From: a virus
Lineage: Duplodnaviria > Caudoviricetes
Direction: 5' to 3' (one strand)
IMG/VR virus record: IMGVR_UViG_3300011767_000002
Span: 15,941 to 79,940 of that record
DNA: 64,000 nt
The notes under the pieces were generated by a model that was given only the letters and a program-made list of their open reading frames with translations, had not been told where the DNA came from and ran no database searches. Shown here in pieces: positions 8,941 through 17,838 of the stretch (positions are counted from its first letter, which is position 1; the number at the start of each line of letters is the position of its first letter). The position numbers and the translations under genes are program-made.

Positions 8941-11409
8941 ATGTTTATTACCAAACTTGTTTTACACCGTTGCAGGCGGTTTTACCTTAAGGGTATTGAG
9001 ACCTTCGAAATCAACCCGACCATGAAAACCCAGATCATCCTGGGCACCAACGGGTCAGGTAAATCCAGCCTGCTAAAGATCGGGTTCACCGTATTGCCAG
9101 CCGATGCCCGTGACTTCCTTAAAGGGGGTTACAAGGTGGTCAATTACCTGCACAATGGCAAGGTCTACGAGCTGCGCAATGACTTTGCGGGTAAGTCGCC
9201 TCTGCACAGTTTTATCTGCGATGGCGAGGAGTACAACGAAGGTCACACGGGCGCTGTCCAGAAGGAACTGATTCGTGAACACTTCGGCATGACCCAGGAG
9301 CTGCATCAGGTCTTGTCCGGTCAACTAAACTTCACCGACATGAATGCCATCCAACGGCGTGAATGGATCACCTTGCTGTCGTCAGCTGACTTTGATTATG
9401 TCATCAAATTGCACGGGCGGATCAAGCGAGCCGTGCGCGATACCTCAGCGGTGATCAAGCATCAGTCTGGACGTCTGGTGCAGGAAACCGCCAAGAAGAT
9501 TGACGATGAGACGTTCAACACTCTGCGTCGGCAGTCACAGGACATCACCAATAAACTGATCCGGTTGCACCAGCATTCTAAGCGTGATGGAATTGCCGAT
9601 AACTTCGACTATTACAGTCGTCAGTATCATGATCTCAGCAGTGATATCGATGGATTGTTGGCCCGTGCCAAGTATTTACGGGTGGCGATCCCCAAGGCCG
9701 TGAAAAGCACGCAGGACGACGCGGTCATCGAACTCAAGGATGGCCTTCGCTCGCGGGCGCAAATGCTTGAGGCGGCCTTACACGAGGTCTCAGAGCGTCA
9801 TCAGGAGATCGACAAGCAGCTTCACGACATTTCTGAGCTGGAAGAGATCAATCCTGAGGAATTACAGGCCAGACTGGCCGAGTTGACTGAAAAGAAGACC
9901 CAACTTCAGGCCCGGTTTAAAACAGGGGCGGAGGTAGACCGTCTGCCGAACCACCAGTACTGTTTTGCCGCGATTCAGGAAACCATCGAGACCTTGCATG
10001 GTGTTAACCAAGTCGATGCACTGTACTTGGACCGGGCAACGATTCAGGGTAAGCAGCGTGAACTCAGTGAGCTGCAAGAAAAGCTGATGGCCGGGACCTC
10101 TCGAATCGGGGAACTGGAATACCGTCTGGATCACATCCGTAACTGCTCAACCATCCAATGCCCTAACTGTAACCATCATTTCAAAGAAGGCATTGGTGGG
10201 GACGAGGAAGGCACCATCAAGGGCTTGCTGGAGAAAGGTACCCGGTTCAGGCAATCGATGGAGGAGCGTATCCAGGTGGTGCGCAGCTGGCTGCAGGAAG
10301 CTCAAGCGGCAGGCGATGTGGTCCACACCTTAAACCGGCTACGAGACCATAACCCGGACCTGGTGGAACTGTGGAAACTGCTGCAAGCCAACGGTGGGTT
10401 CTCTCGGGGCCGTGAACTGGCACCCCTGTGTACCGACTTCATCAGCGACGTGAAGACCAAGCTGGCGATCCTGGATGTCGATCAGGAAATGCGTCCGTTG
10501 ATTGAACGGCTCAATGCCCTCAAGCAGTTAGATCAGTCCAGTGGTCTACGGGATGTGGCCCATTCGTTGAGTGAGCGGGTGCTGGATTTGAAGATGCACC
10601 TGGTCGACACCCGTGAAACCTTGAAAGAGGTGGAGCAGTTCTACGACCGGATCATCGAGGCCCGTGAGATAGCCCAGACCGTTGAGTACGGCATGCAACG
10701 CATGAACGAGCTGATGGACCAGATGGTCAAGTTCGTGGCCGTGGAGGAAATCGAGGCGCAAGTGCGCAAGCACCAAGTGCAGTTAGGGATGCTCGAGCAA
10801 TCCTTGGCCGAAGCCGAAGTCCAGATGGGGATCGTCAATGACCTGAACCGTTCGCTGGAACAAGCCAAAGCCGAAGAGAAAGCCCTGATCCTCTTGGAGA
10901 AGGTCCTCTCGCCACGCGATGGCATCATCGCTGAACAGATCATGGTGTTCATCAACACCTTCATCACCAGCATCAATGATGTCATTGCCAAGGTCTGGGG
11001 ATATAACCTCGCACTGGACACCTGCAACTTGGAAGAGGGGGATCTGGATTACAAATTCCCGATGTATGTCCACACCGCTGAGAACATGATTCCGGACATC
11101 CAGTTCGGTTCAGACAGCCAGTTGGATATTGTCAACCAAGCCTTCCGTCTGGTGGTCTACAAGTTTCTGAACCTGGAGGGCTTCCCGCTCTACCTGGACG
11201 AGCTGGGCCGGACCTTTGATGAAGTCCATCGTCTGAACCTGACCTTGGCCCTGAAAGACCTGATTGACGATGAGACCTATTCGCAGGTGTTCTTCATCAG
11301 CCACTCCTTCGAAAGCCAGAACAGTTACCCCAACAGTCAGATCGCGGTGATCGACGATGCGCACGTGTCATTAAAACGTGCCTACAACGAGCACGTGACC
11401 ATTACCTGA
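8941..11409 (+). CDS. sbcC: SbcC/Rad50-like SMC ATPase (phiKZ gp165-like)
   Basis: Walker A LGTNGSGKSS, long coiled coils, central CPNC zinc hook, Walker B YLDELG and H-loop FFISH. Confidence 0.9.
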   Translation: MFITKLVLHRCRRFYLKGIETFEINPTMKTQIILGTNGSGKSSLLKIGFTVLPADARDFLKGGYKVVNYLHNGKVYELRNDFAGKSPLHSFICDGEEYNEGHTGAVQKELIREHFGMTQELHQVLSGQLNFTDMNAIQRREWITLLSSADFDYVIKLHGRIKRAVRDTSAVIKHQSGRLVQETAKKIDDETFNTLRRQSQDITNKLIRLHQHSKRDGIADNFDYYSRQYHDLSSDIDGLLARAKYLRVAIPKAVKSTQDDAVIELKDGLRSRAQMLEAALHEVSERHQEIDKQLHDISELEEINPEELQARLAELTEKKTQLQARFKTGAEVDRLPNHQYCFAAIQETIETLHGVNQVDALYLDRATIQGKQRELSELQEKLMAGTSRIGELEYRLDHIRNCSTIQCPNCNHHFKEGIGGDEEGTIKGLLEKGTRFRQSMEERIQVVRSWLQEAQAAGDVVHTLNRLRDHNPDLVELWKLLQANGGFSRGRELAPLCTDFISDVKTKLAILDVDQEMRPLIERLNALKQLDQSSGLRDVAHSLSERVLDLKMHLVDTRETLKEVEQFYDRIIEAREIAQTVEYGMQRMNELMDQMVKFVAVEEIEAQVRKHQVQLGMLEQSLAEAEVQMGIVNDLNRSLEQAKAEEKALILLEKVLSPRDGIIAEQIMVFINTFITSINDVIAKVWGYNLALDTCNLEEGDLDYKFPMYVHTAENMIPDIQFGSDSQLDIVNQAFRLVVYKFLNLEGFPLYLDELGRTFDEVHRLNLTLALKDLIDDETYSQVFFISHSFESQNSYPNSQIAVIDDAHVSLKRAYNEHVTIT

Positions 11410-11418
11410 GGACATGAC

Positions 11419-11796
11419 ATGAACTTAATTGCCACCACAGCCCGCTTCTACCTAGGTGCCGCGACCACAGGGACCGGGGTCGGTAAATGGTCGTGGCCTG
11501 CGCGTGATCTGCCGCTGCTGTATGAGCTTAGTTATAAGCTAAACTGCGGTTGTTCACTCGAGCCTGACCTTGACACGTGGAAGAAGTACGGGTTGTTTAC
11601 CGCCCAGAGTCAGGACGACGGTAAGACGTACATCATGTCGGTCCAGGAACTGGTCGAAAGCGTTGGTGACACCCAAGTAACGGAAATGCTGCTGCACGGT
11701 CAAGCCCGTTACTTATCGGTCAGTAAAGATGAGGTGCTCGATCGATTAGGGTGTCCTCGTATCCACGACCTGACTGTCGATCCGGGTAGCCGGTAA
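11419..11796 (+). CDS. Hypothetical protein
   Basis: 125-aa ORF with a GAGGA RBS directly after sbcC. Confidence 0.6.
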   Translation: MNLIATTARFYLGAATTGTGVGKWSWPARDLPLLYELSYKLNCGCSLEPDLDTWKKYGLFTAQSQDDGKTYIMSVQELVESVGDTQVTEMLLHGQARYLSVSKDEVLDRLGCPRIHDLTVDPGSR

Positions 11797-11809
11797 CCGC
11801 ACGAAACCG

Positions 11810-11843
11810 CATAACAGGGAGGGGCAACTGCCCCTCCTCTATG
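11810..11843. terminator. CATA-hairpin-TATG element between convergent genes
   Basis: CATAACAGGGAGGGGCAACTGCCCCTCCTCTATG; the core is nearly identical to 7780-7813. Confidence 0.6.
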
Positions 11844-11853
11844 TCGGCTTGCT

Positions 11854-12555
11854 TTATTCGACCAGTTCCAGTACCGGGCGCCAGCCCATCGATGACGATG
11901 CCGAGTTACTAAGTTGCTCACCGGCGTACGATATCGACGCACGATCCCCCCGAAACACGATATAGCCACCGCCAGGAACTATTTGCTCTTGGCACCAGCT
12001 CCGACGACCAAGGTCATCATAACCCACACCCAGCTCGGTGTCTCTGAACTGAGCAAAGTCACCTGCCTCAATCCCTTCCGACGTCAGAACACCGCGGCCA
12101 GCGACATGGTACATCAATCGGTTCCACTCAGAGCCATGGGTTATGGCAGTATCATTCCCCGTGGAGAACGACCTAGCATTTGGCCCAATGCCCTTCATGT
12201 TTCGGATTAAAAATTGGTTTTCGCCAAGGAGATGTATCTCGCCGTATCGCAGGTCATGGTTCATGAGCCTATCGTTACTTACGCTATGTCGGATAGGTCG
12301 CTTAGCCACTAGAAGTCGCTTGCCGTCTAATGCAAACCCCAACCACCCGGCAGTGGAGTTAATCTGGGTTCCAGAGCCCTGACCAGTCAGTCCGACCATC
12401 GCAGCCAGGGTTTCACCGCTGATCACTTCATTTGCACTAAACTCACCATAGTAACCATGGGACATGTCGCCTTTCAGCAATTTCTTCCCGAGTAGCAAGG
12501 GATGTAGATTTAATTTACGTCGCTTTTCAGATGCTGCTATGATCAATGGATTCAT
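11854..12555 (-). CDS. Putative virion structural protein of a phiKZ-type paralog family (possible C-type-lectin-like fold)
   Basis: GWLGFALDGKRLLVAKRPIRHSVS and GSEWNRLMY motifs; ends in SWCQE...FRG...GWRPVLEL. Confidence 0.6.
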   Translation of the reverse strand: MNPLIIAASEKRRKLNLHPLLLGKKLLKGDMSHGYYGEFSANEVISGETLAAMVGLTGQGSGTQINSTAGWLGFALDGKRLLVAKRPIRHSVSNDRLMNHDLRYGEIHLLGENQFLIRNMKGIGPNARSFSTGNDTAITHGSEWNRLMYHVAGRGVLTSEGIEAGDFAQFRDTELGVGYDDLGRRSWCQEQIVPGGGYIVFRGDRASISYAGEQLSNSASSSMGWRPVLELVE

Positions 12556-12614
12556 GGTCTACCTCGTCGCGTAAATAGTCCGGAGGAGTTAACTAACTCC
12601 TCCGATATGTCGTG

Positions 12615-13970
12615 TCAGAGTTGTGGTTCACCGTCGGCGATTGCATCGCCTAGCGACGCATCGTTGTACGAATACTTACTGGTCACGATCAGCTGGAACC
12701 GATCCAGGGTATACGTGAGGTACAATACCCCGTCACGCACCAGGCGAGAGAACTTCACCGGCACCGACGAATCAGGGGTCATGCTCTCGGCCACCGCCAA
12801 CATCTCAGCCAAGGTGGTCACCAGTCGGCGGGTTTCAGGTCCCATCCGACCAAAGTCCGTGCTGAGCGAATCGACGTTAATGTAGTCGCTGTACCGCTGC
12901 ACAAACGAGGTGATGCCGTCACGATTGTGAGGACCACCCGTCACCATCACGGTGATGGCTTTGTGACTCGCCCCAAAGACCTCAGCATTGGCGGTCAGGT
13001 AGATGTCGGTGTAACCATCGCCTTTGACCAGCCGTTTGAGGTGCTCGATGCCTGCCAGGACATTGGTGACCGAACTGTACAGCCCGGCTTCGAGTTCACG
13101 ATTGGTGACAGAATAGTTTCCCCAGAGCGGGACGAAGACAAATTCGGTGGAAGTGAAGATCTCCGGGAAGATCTCGGCCCACTCGTCCTTGCTCCGCGGG
13201 CTGTTACTCAGGATGTAATCGCGCAGTGCCTCTTTGATCGCATCGACGTTACGCCCAGCAATGCCGTAGATAACTGGGGTCCAGTACGTCGGTTGCCGAA
13301 GGCTGAGGTCGGTTGGGTCAACCGGGTCGAACCACTCGTACATCTCACCGCTGATGAAGGTCTCAGGGTAGCCGTCTTTGGCTTCCTGGACTTTCTCCAT
13401 GGTCAGGTTGTGCGTCTGGCGACCAAGCGCTGCCTTGACCATGGACGCGCCGAGGAAGAACACTTCCAGGTCATCGACCGGTGGCACGATTTCGATCTGG
13501 TACTCATCGTACTGCTGCTCGAAGACCTCCGTGGCGTACCAGAGTTTATACTGCAGAGAATCGTCGGCGACTGCCCGGATCTCAATGACCCCCGGCATCC
13601 ATACGTTGGGCTGAGCTTCTACCATGGCCCCAGTGGCCCAAATCGAATACTGCTCACTCCACTGTTGGACAAAGGCCACGCGGAAGGATTCGATGCTTGG
13701 ACTGAACACCCCTGCCAGAGCCTGTTCATAAATCCATTTGTTCACCAGCAACAGTTCGCGTGCCAAGACGGGGTCAGTCTGCTCGACCGAACCGTCACGT
13801 GCACTTGAGAATACCACCAGCGTATGGCCCGGTGCGGCCGCTGAATTGAGGTACTCTTTCTCACGGGCATAGGTGATAGCGCGGGGCGATAATTCCCCTA
13901 CCGGAGCCACCACCGTGCGCGTATTGTCAATCAATGCACCGATCAGGCCAAACGCCTTCAGTTTATACAT
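12615..13970 (-). CDS. Putative virion structural protein
   Basis: 451-aa ORF with a GGAGA RBS and phage-typical codon usage; phiKZ-family structural-gene context. Confidence 0.55.
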   Translation of the reverse strand: MYKLKAFGLIGALIDNTRTVVAPVGELSPRAITYAREKEYLNSAAAPGHTLVVFSSARDGSVEQTDPVLARELLLVNKWIYEQALAGVFSPSIESFRVAFVQQWSEQYSIWATGAMVEAQPNVWMPGVIEIRAVADDSLQYKLWYATEVFEQQYDEYQIEIVPPVDDLEVFFLGASMVKAALGRQTHNLTMEKVQEAKDGYPETFISGEMYEWFDPVDPTDLSLRQPTYWTPVIYGIAGRNVDAIKEALRDYILSNSPRSKDEWAEIFPEIFTSTEFVFVPLWGNYSVTNRELEAGLYSSVTNVLAGIEHLKRLVKGDGYTDIYLTANAEVFGASHKAITVMVTGGPHNRDGITSFVQRYSDYINVDSLSTDFGRMGPETRRLVTTLAEMLAVAESMTPDSSVPVKFSRLVRDGVLYLTYTLDRFQLIVTSKYSYNDASLGDAIADGEPQL

Positions 13971-14051
13971 GTCGTTCTCCGGGCTGATAGCCGCGTACTC
14001 TATGACAGTCGTTAAAAATAACGTTTATACGTCCATACCATTTTAGGGAAT

Positions 14052-14510
14052 ATGATGTACTTTATCACTCTGTTCAAGTTGCTCAAAGCGCTTGGCCTGT
14101 TCCTTCGGGAAATCTGGCTGCGTGATCGCACCTTCAGACAGTTTGTACGCCAGAACCTTCCGCTGATCGTGACCACCGTGGGCTTTATCTCGATGACCAT
14201 CCTGTTCATTCACGTGTTCAGCATCGTCAAAGAGCAAGAGTACATGCTAGGCCGCTATGAGCGACAGCAAGCTCGGCTACAAAAGGAACTGGATACGCAG
14301 ATCCCGTTGCTCACAGAAAGGGCTGACCTTTACCAAGAGCGGTACCAGGCCCTCAAGGATTCCCTTGAGCTGGTCCCACCGCCACCACAAGTGGCCGCCG
14401 TCCAACCGGCACCTTCACGCCCACGTCCACGCCCACCGGTGGAAAAACCCATCACAACCAGAGCCCCATCAGACGAGATCGTCCAGCGCTGGAAGCGACT
14501 CAGTCAATAA
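14052..14510 (+). CDS. Putative inner-membrane spanin (i-spanin)
   Basis: Single TM segment (LPLIVTTVGFISMTILFIHVFSIV), then a coiled coil and Pro-rich tail; directly upstream of a lipoprotein gene. Confidence 0.55.
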   Translation: MMYFITLFKLLKALGLFLREIWLRDRTFRQFVRQNLPLIVTTVGFISMTILFIHVFSIVKEQEYMLGRYERQQARLQKELDTQIPLLTERADLYQERYQALKDSLELVPPPPQVAAVQPAPSRPRPRPPVEKPITTRAPSDEIVQRWKRLSQ

Positions 14511-14520
14511 GGAATACCAC

Positions 14521-14883
14521 ATGCAATACAGACGTATTATCAGGGACCTCAGGCCGGCTTCCTTGTTCTGGCTGGTCGTTTCGCTGGGATCGTGTGCGTA
14601 TACCCAGACCGTGAACAATTACTCCAATGTAACGGCCTCGACCCAGTACCAATGGGCAGTGACCCCGGTAGACGACGAATGCCACCACTTTACCCGCATG
14701 GTGCGGATGGGCCACAGTCGCCCAACACTACCACCCATTGACCCCCGGACCTTGACGGAGCGTGAAGTCAGCGACCTCATTTTCACGTACGCCGAACGGC
14801 TTAAAGTCTACCTGGACAATGAAGAAGCGTTTCTGGCAGAAGACATTGCTCGGCACACGTACAAGTGTGTCCCAAAGCAGTAA
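14521..14883 (+). CDS. Putative outer-membrane lipoprotein spanin (o-spanin)
   Basis: ATG 14521 after a TAAGGA RBS; basic N-region, hydrophobic stretch and lipobox LGS-C; non-Asp +2 residue; Pro-rich segment. Confidence 0.6.
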   Translation: MQYRRIIRDLRPASLFWLVVSLGSCAYTQTVNNYSNVTASTQYQWAVTPVDDECHHFTRMVRMGHSRPTLPPIDPRTLTEREVSDLIFTYAERLKVYLDNEEAFLAEDIARHTYKCVPKQ

Positions 14884-14912
14884 TGTTTTTCAAAAAGGAT
14901 TTAGGATATCAC

Positions 14913-16451
14913 ATGAGCATGGCCGAAATGCCAATTATGTCTGTCGAAGGTGTAGTAATGACGGAAATCAAGGAGCAGCCTGCAACTGTCGGATACAACG
15001 GAATTCTGTATTCGGACGGCGGGTTCTACAACAGTGACAAGGCTGGCGGCTGGGGAGTCCACGGGTACATCTACTCGGCGGATAGCTTGCCAACCAAAGG
15101 AAGCGGTGCACCTAAGGCTACGCCAACGGCCAAAGGCTACACCGATTCCAAGGATGAGACTCAAGCAGTCAACATCCTCAATTACATTGATGCCTTTGGT
15201 GGGGTGCCAAAGGCCACGAGCAACAACCACACCGAGTTGATTGCCACCAAGGAAGCGCTTACCTACGCGCTGGAGAAAGGATTAAGCCACACCCTGATTT
15301 ATTCCGATTCGCAGTACGTGGTCGAGGGCGTCAACAAGTACCTGGACCGTTGGAAGCAGACGGGTTGGCGTAACCGCAATGGCGATGACGTTGCCAATAA
15401 AGAAGATTGGCTTGCCGTCGATGCGTTGTTGAAGAAATTCAAAGAAACCGACAACGCGGTGACGCTGGCTTGGATCAAAGGACATAACGGCCATACCGGA
15501 AACGAGATGGCTGACCAATGGGCCGGTAAAGGAAACTGCATCGGCATGAACGGGTATGACCTTCGCTACACCCTAGAACAACCTCCAGAAGGATATTGGA
15601 AGTCGATCAACAACCACAACCGCATGCTCGATCAACCCAAGTGGTATTTCAGTTCGGACGCCGCTGAGCGTAGGACCAGTGCCTGCGGTCGGCACATTTA
15701 CTGGACGGGGCAACACGGTGATGACGACGATGTCGCCAAGCCACAGTCCGATTCGAGTAACGCTGTCCTGTATCTCAAGGAGGAGATCGCGGTCCTGGAA
15801 AAGGTCCGTCAGCATTACATTGCAGAAGACACTCATCAGGTGGGGCATCTGTTCGTAGGCGCCCTGCGTAACCTGTTCAACGCCACGGTCTCCGTCGACA
15901 TCCTGCGGTTCGGCATGTCGGTGTTTCGCCGCAACAAGGCTAACATGAGCCTGGCCACGGAGAAGAAGGTCCCGGTTGTTCACCACGTCACGCCGACAGG
16001 GCTATCGTACTACAACGTCGATAACCTGGAGAACATGACCACCATCCTCAATCAGTTTATGGCTGGGGACAAATCGGTACTGGTGACCGAGTTGACCGAC
16101 CTACTATATGAAGCCGTGGAGAAGAAAGCCGTCGTGACCCGCAAACTTCGCAAAGAGATCACCAGCGCGGTGAAGCATCTCGATGTGAACGTAGGTTATA
16201 ACACGGGGTTTGCTCGCGAGCTGAGGGCGATGGAAGAAGTTCCGGTTAAGCAGGCCAAGGTCCGCTTTATCGTAGGTTCTGACATCATTGGTCGGAATGC
16301 GCTGTCGGCACTCGCAGATACCGTTGTGCGAGTGGTGGCCCTGACCTGGCGGGAGTCGGACACGGTGATTCGGTATGCAACCGTCATCGAAACGACTGAC
16401 GACATTGGGATCTGGGCTAACCCGTTCAGCAATTTCAAACTGGTTAAATAA
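14913..16451 (+). CDS. rnhA: Ribonuclease HI with a long C-terminal extension (phiKZ gp155-like)
   Basis: YSDGG, NNHTEL, YSDSQYVVEG and WIKGHNGHTGNEMAD carry the complete D-E-D-D catalytic set. Confidence 0.92.
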   Translation: MSMAEMPIMSVEGVVMTEIKEQPATVGYNGILYSDGGFYNSDKAGGWGVHGYIYSADSLPTKGSGAPKATPTAKGYTDSKDETQAVNILNYIDAFGGVPKATSNNHTELIATKEALTYALEKGLSHTLIYSDSQYVVEGVNKYLDRWKQTGWRNRNGDDVANKEDWLAVDALLKKFKETDNAVTLAWIKGHNGHTGNEMADQWAGKGNCIGMNGYDLRYTLEQPPEGYWKSINNHNRMLDQPKWYFSSDAAERRTSACGRHIYWTGQHGDDDDVAKPQSDSSNAVLYLKEEIAVLEKVRQHYIAEDTHQVGHLFVGALRNLFNATVSVDILRFGMSVFRRNKANMSLATEKKVPVVHHVTPTGLSYYNVDNLENMTTILNQFMAGDKSVLVTELTDLLYEAVEKKAVVTRKLRKEITSAVKHLDVNVGYNTGFARELRAMEEVPVKQAKVRFIVGSDIIGRNALSALADTVVRVVALTWRESDTVIRYATVIETTDDIGIWANPFSNFKLVK

Positions 16452-16461
16452 CGGATTAGAC

Positions 16462-16842
16462 ATGTACCGATCTGTTGCGATAAATCAATCACACGGATTT
16501 TGGCCGACCTTGAAACGCACTTTGTTCATGGCCAGTCTATATTTCCGTTTGATCCGTAACTACAACCCCAACGATTCGCTGCTGGATGAAGTCAATAAGC
16601 TGTTCTACCTGGTGAACAACCCGCAGTCACTGTCCTTCCCTGCCATGGTCTGCCGAACGCTCTGGAAAGAGAAGACGGTTGATGAGGTGGTGACTCATTG
16701 TGATGCAGGTGAGTTCAAGCAGGCGGTGGAGCTGGTGTACGGCACCATGCCTCGATGGTTGAGGTATCTGGATCGTGAAACCATGTTACGTGATGTAGAA
16801 GATGTGCTACGGAATTCGCAGCACCTTGAAAAACTGGTGTGA
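16462..16842 (+). CDS. Hypothetical protein
   Basis: ORF downstream of RNase H; the ATG at 16462 was chosen as the start. Confidence 0.55.
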   Translation: MYRSVAINQSHGFWPTLKRTLFMASLYFRLIRNYNPNDSLLDEVNKLFYLVNNPQSLSFPAMVCRTLWKEKTVDEVVTHCDAGEFKQAVELVYGTMPRWLRYLDRETMLRDVEDVLRNSQHLEKLV

Positions 16843-16847
16843 GCCGG

Positions 16848-16885
16848 CATAGATGGGAGGGATCACCCCCTCCCATCGACTTATG
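16848..16885. terminator. CATA-hairpin-TATG element between convergent genes
   Basis: CATAGATGGGAGGGATCACCCCCTCCCATCGACTTATG. Confidence 0.6.
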
Positions 16886-16893
16886 CGCGAGCC

Positions 16894-17751
16894 TTATTTT
16901 TTAAGCTCTTTTACACTGTCCTTAAGCGCCTCGGAGAACTGACGGAGACGGTACAACAAGGTGCCGTACGACTCCATTTCTTTAGCGATGTTCAAGGTCA
17001 GTTCAACCAGTTCTTGGAGGGCGACGTCTACTGTTTCCTGGTTGGAGATACTCTTGTCGGCGGTCCTGGCTTGGATCGCATCCATCAACGTATCGGCCAA
17101 GGTCATGGTCCGGGACACGGCGTCCAGAGACTTCTTCGCCGGATGGGTCTTGTCCAGCAGCACCGCGTCGTTGACGTTAGCGTGGACCTGACCGATATCG
17201 GCCGCGCGGTCAATCACAGCGCCCAGAGCACGATGAATGTGGTTACTGCGAGGGTCGAAGTAGGTCTTGCCTAGAGTCACCATGGCCTCGGTCAGCCCGA
17301 GGGTGGTGGGGCCGGTGTGACCAATTCCGGAGAACGCACCCAGTAGTGAAGGATCGTGGATGATGCGACCCAGAGTTTCATTGAAACTGCGCACCATGTA
17401 TTCCATCTTGGTCGCCTTGACCATGGCGGCGTTCAGTTCAGCACTGTAGGGCAACCACTGACCAATGAAACCCTCTGGAACGATGATGGTCTTGTTTGAG
17501 GCATCGACAAAGCCCTGACGGGCTACAATACCGTTCATGTCCTGAGGGACCAGCTTGGTCACAGCCAATGCCACGAACTGAAGTTTGCCGAAGAACGCCC
17601 CAGCATTTTTGAAGAAGGCTTTGACTCGCTGAGGTGAACCGACGGTAAATGCACCACCGGACAAGCCTTCCAGTGAGATCACGCGGGCCTGTTGCTCAAG
17701 GGATTCCAAGGAGACGTCGTTAAACGTGCCGTAAATATTATCGAACTGCAT
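16894..17751 (-). CDS. Head protein with a prohead-protease-cleaved N-terminus (phiKZ gp153-like)
   Basis: VSLESLE and ISLEG motifs in the first 30 aa match the S/A/G-X-E cleavage consensus of phiKZ gp175. Confidence 0.6.
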   Translation of the reverse strand: MQFDNIYGTFNDVSLESLEQQARVISLEGLSGGAFTVGSPQRVKAFFKNAGAFFGKLQFVALAVTKLVPQDMNGIVARQGFVDASNKTIIVPEGFIGQWLPYSAELNAAMVKATKMEYMVRSFNETLGRIIHDPSLLGAFSGIGHTGPTTLGLTEAMVTLGKTYFDPRSNHIHRALGAVIDRAADIGQVHANVNDAVLLDKTHPAKKSLDAVSRTMTLADTLMDAIQARTADKSISNQETVDVALQELVELTLNIAKEMESYGTLLYRLRQFSEALKDSVKELKK

Positions 17752-17838
17752 CGAAATGACTCCGTGTTAAAAGAAAGTAGTTTTTCATATCGTTTGCCTA
17801 CAACCGATTCCCCATCTTGAAATGGAACCTGAAGTACC

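Noticed and set aside
11854-12555. Diversity-generating retroelement
   Set aside because: Only a target-like C-terminus is present. No reverse transcriptase or adenine-mismatched template repeat was seen in the window.
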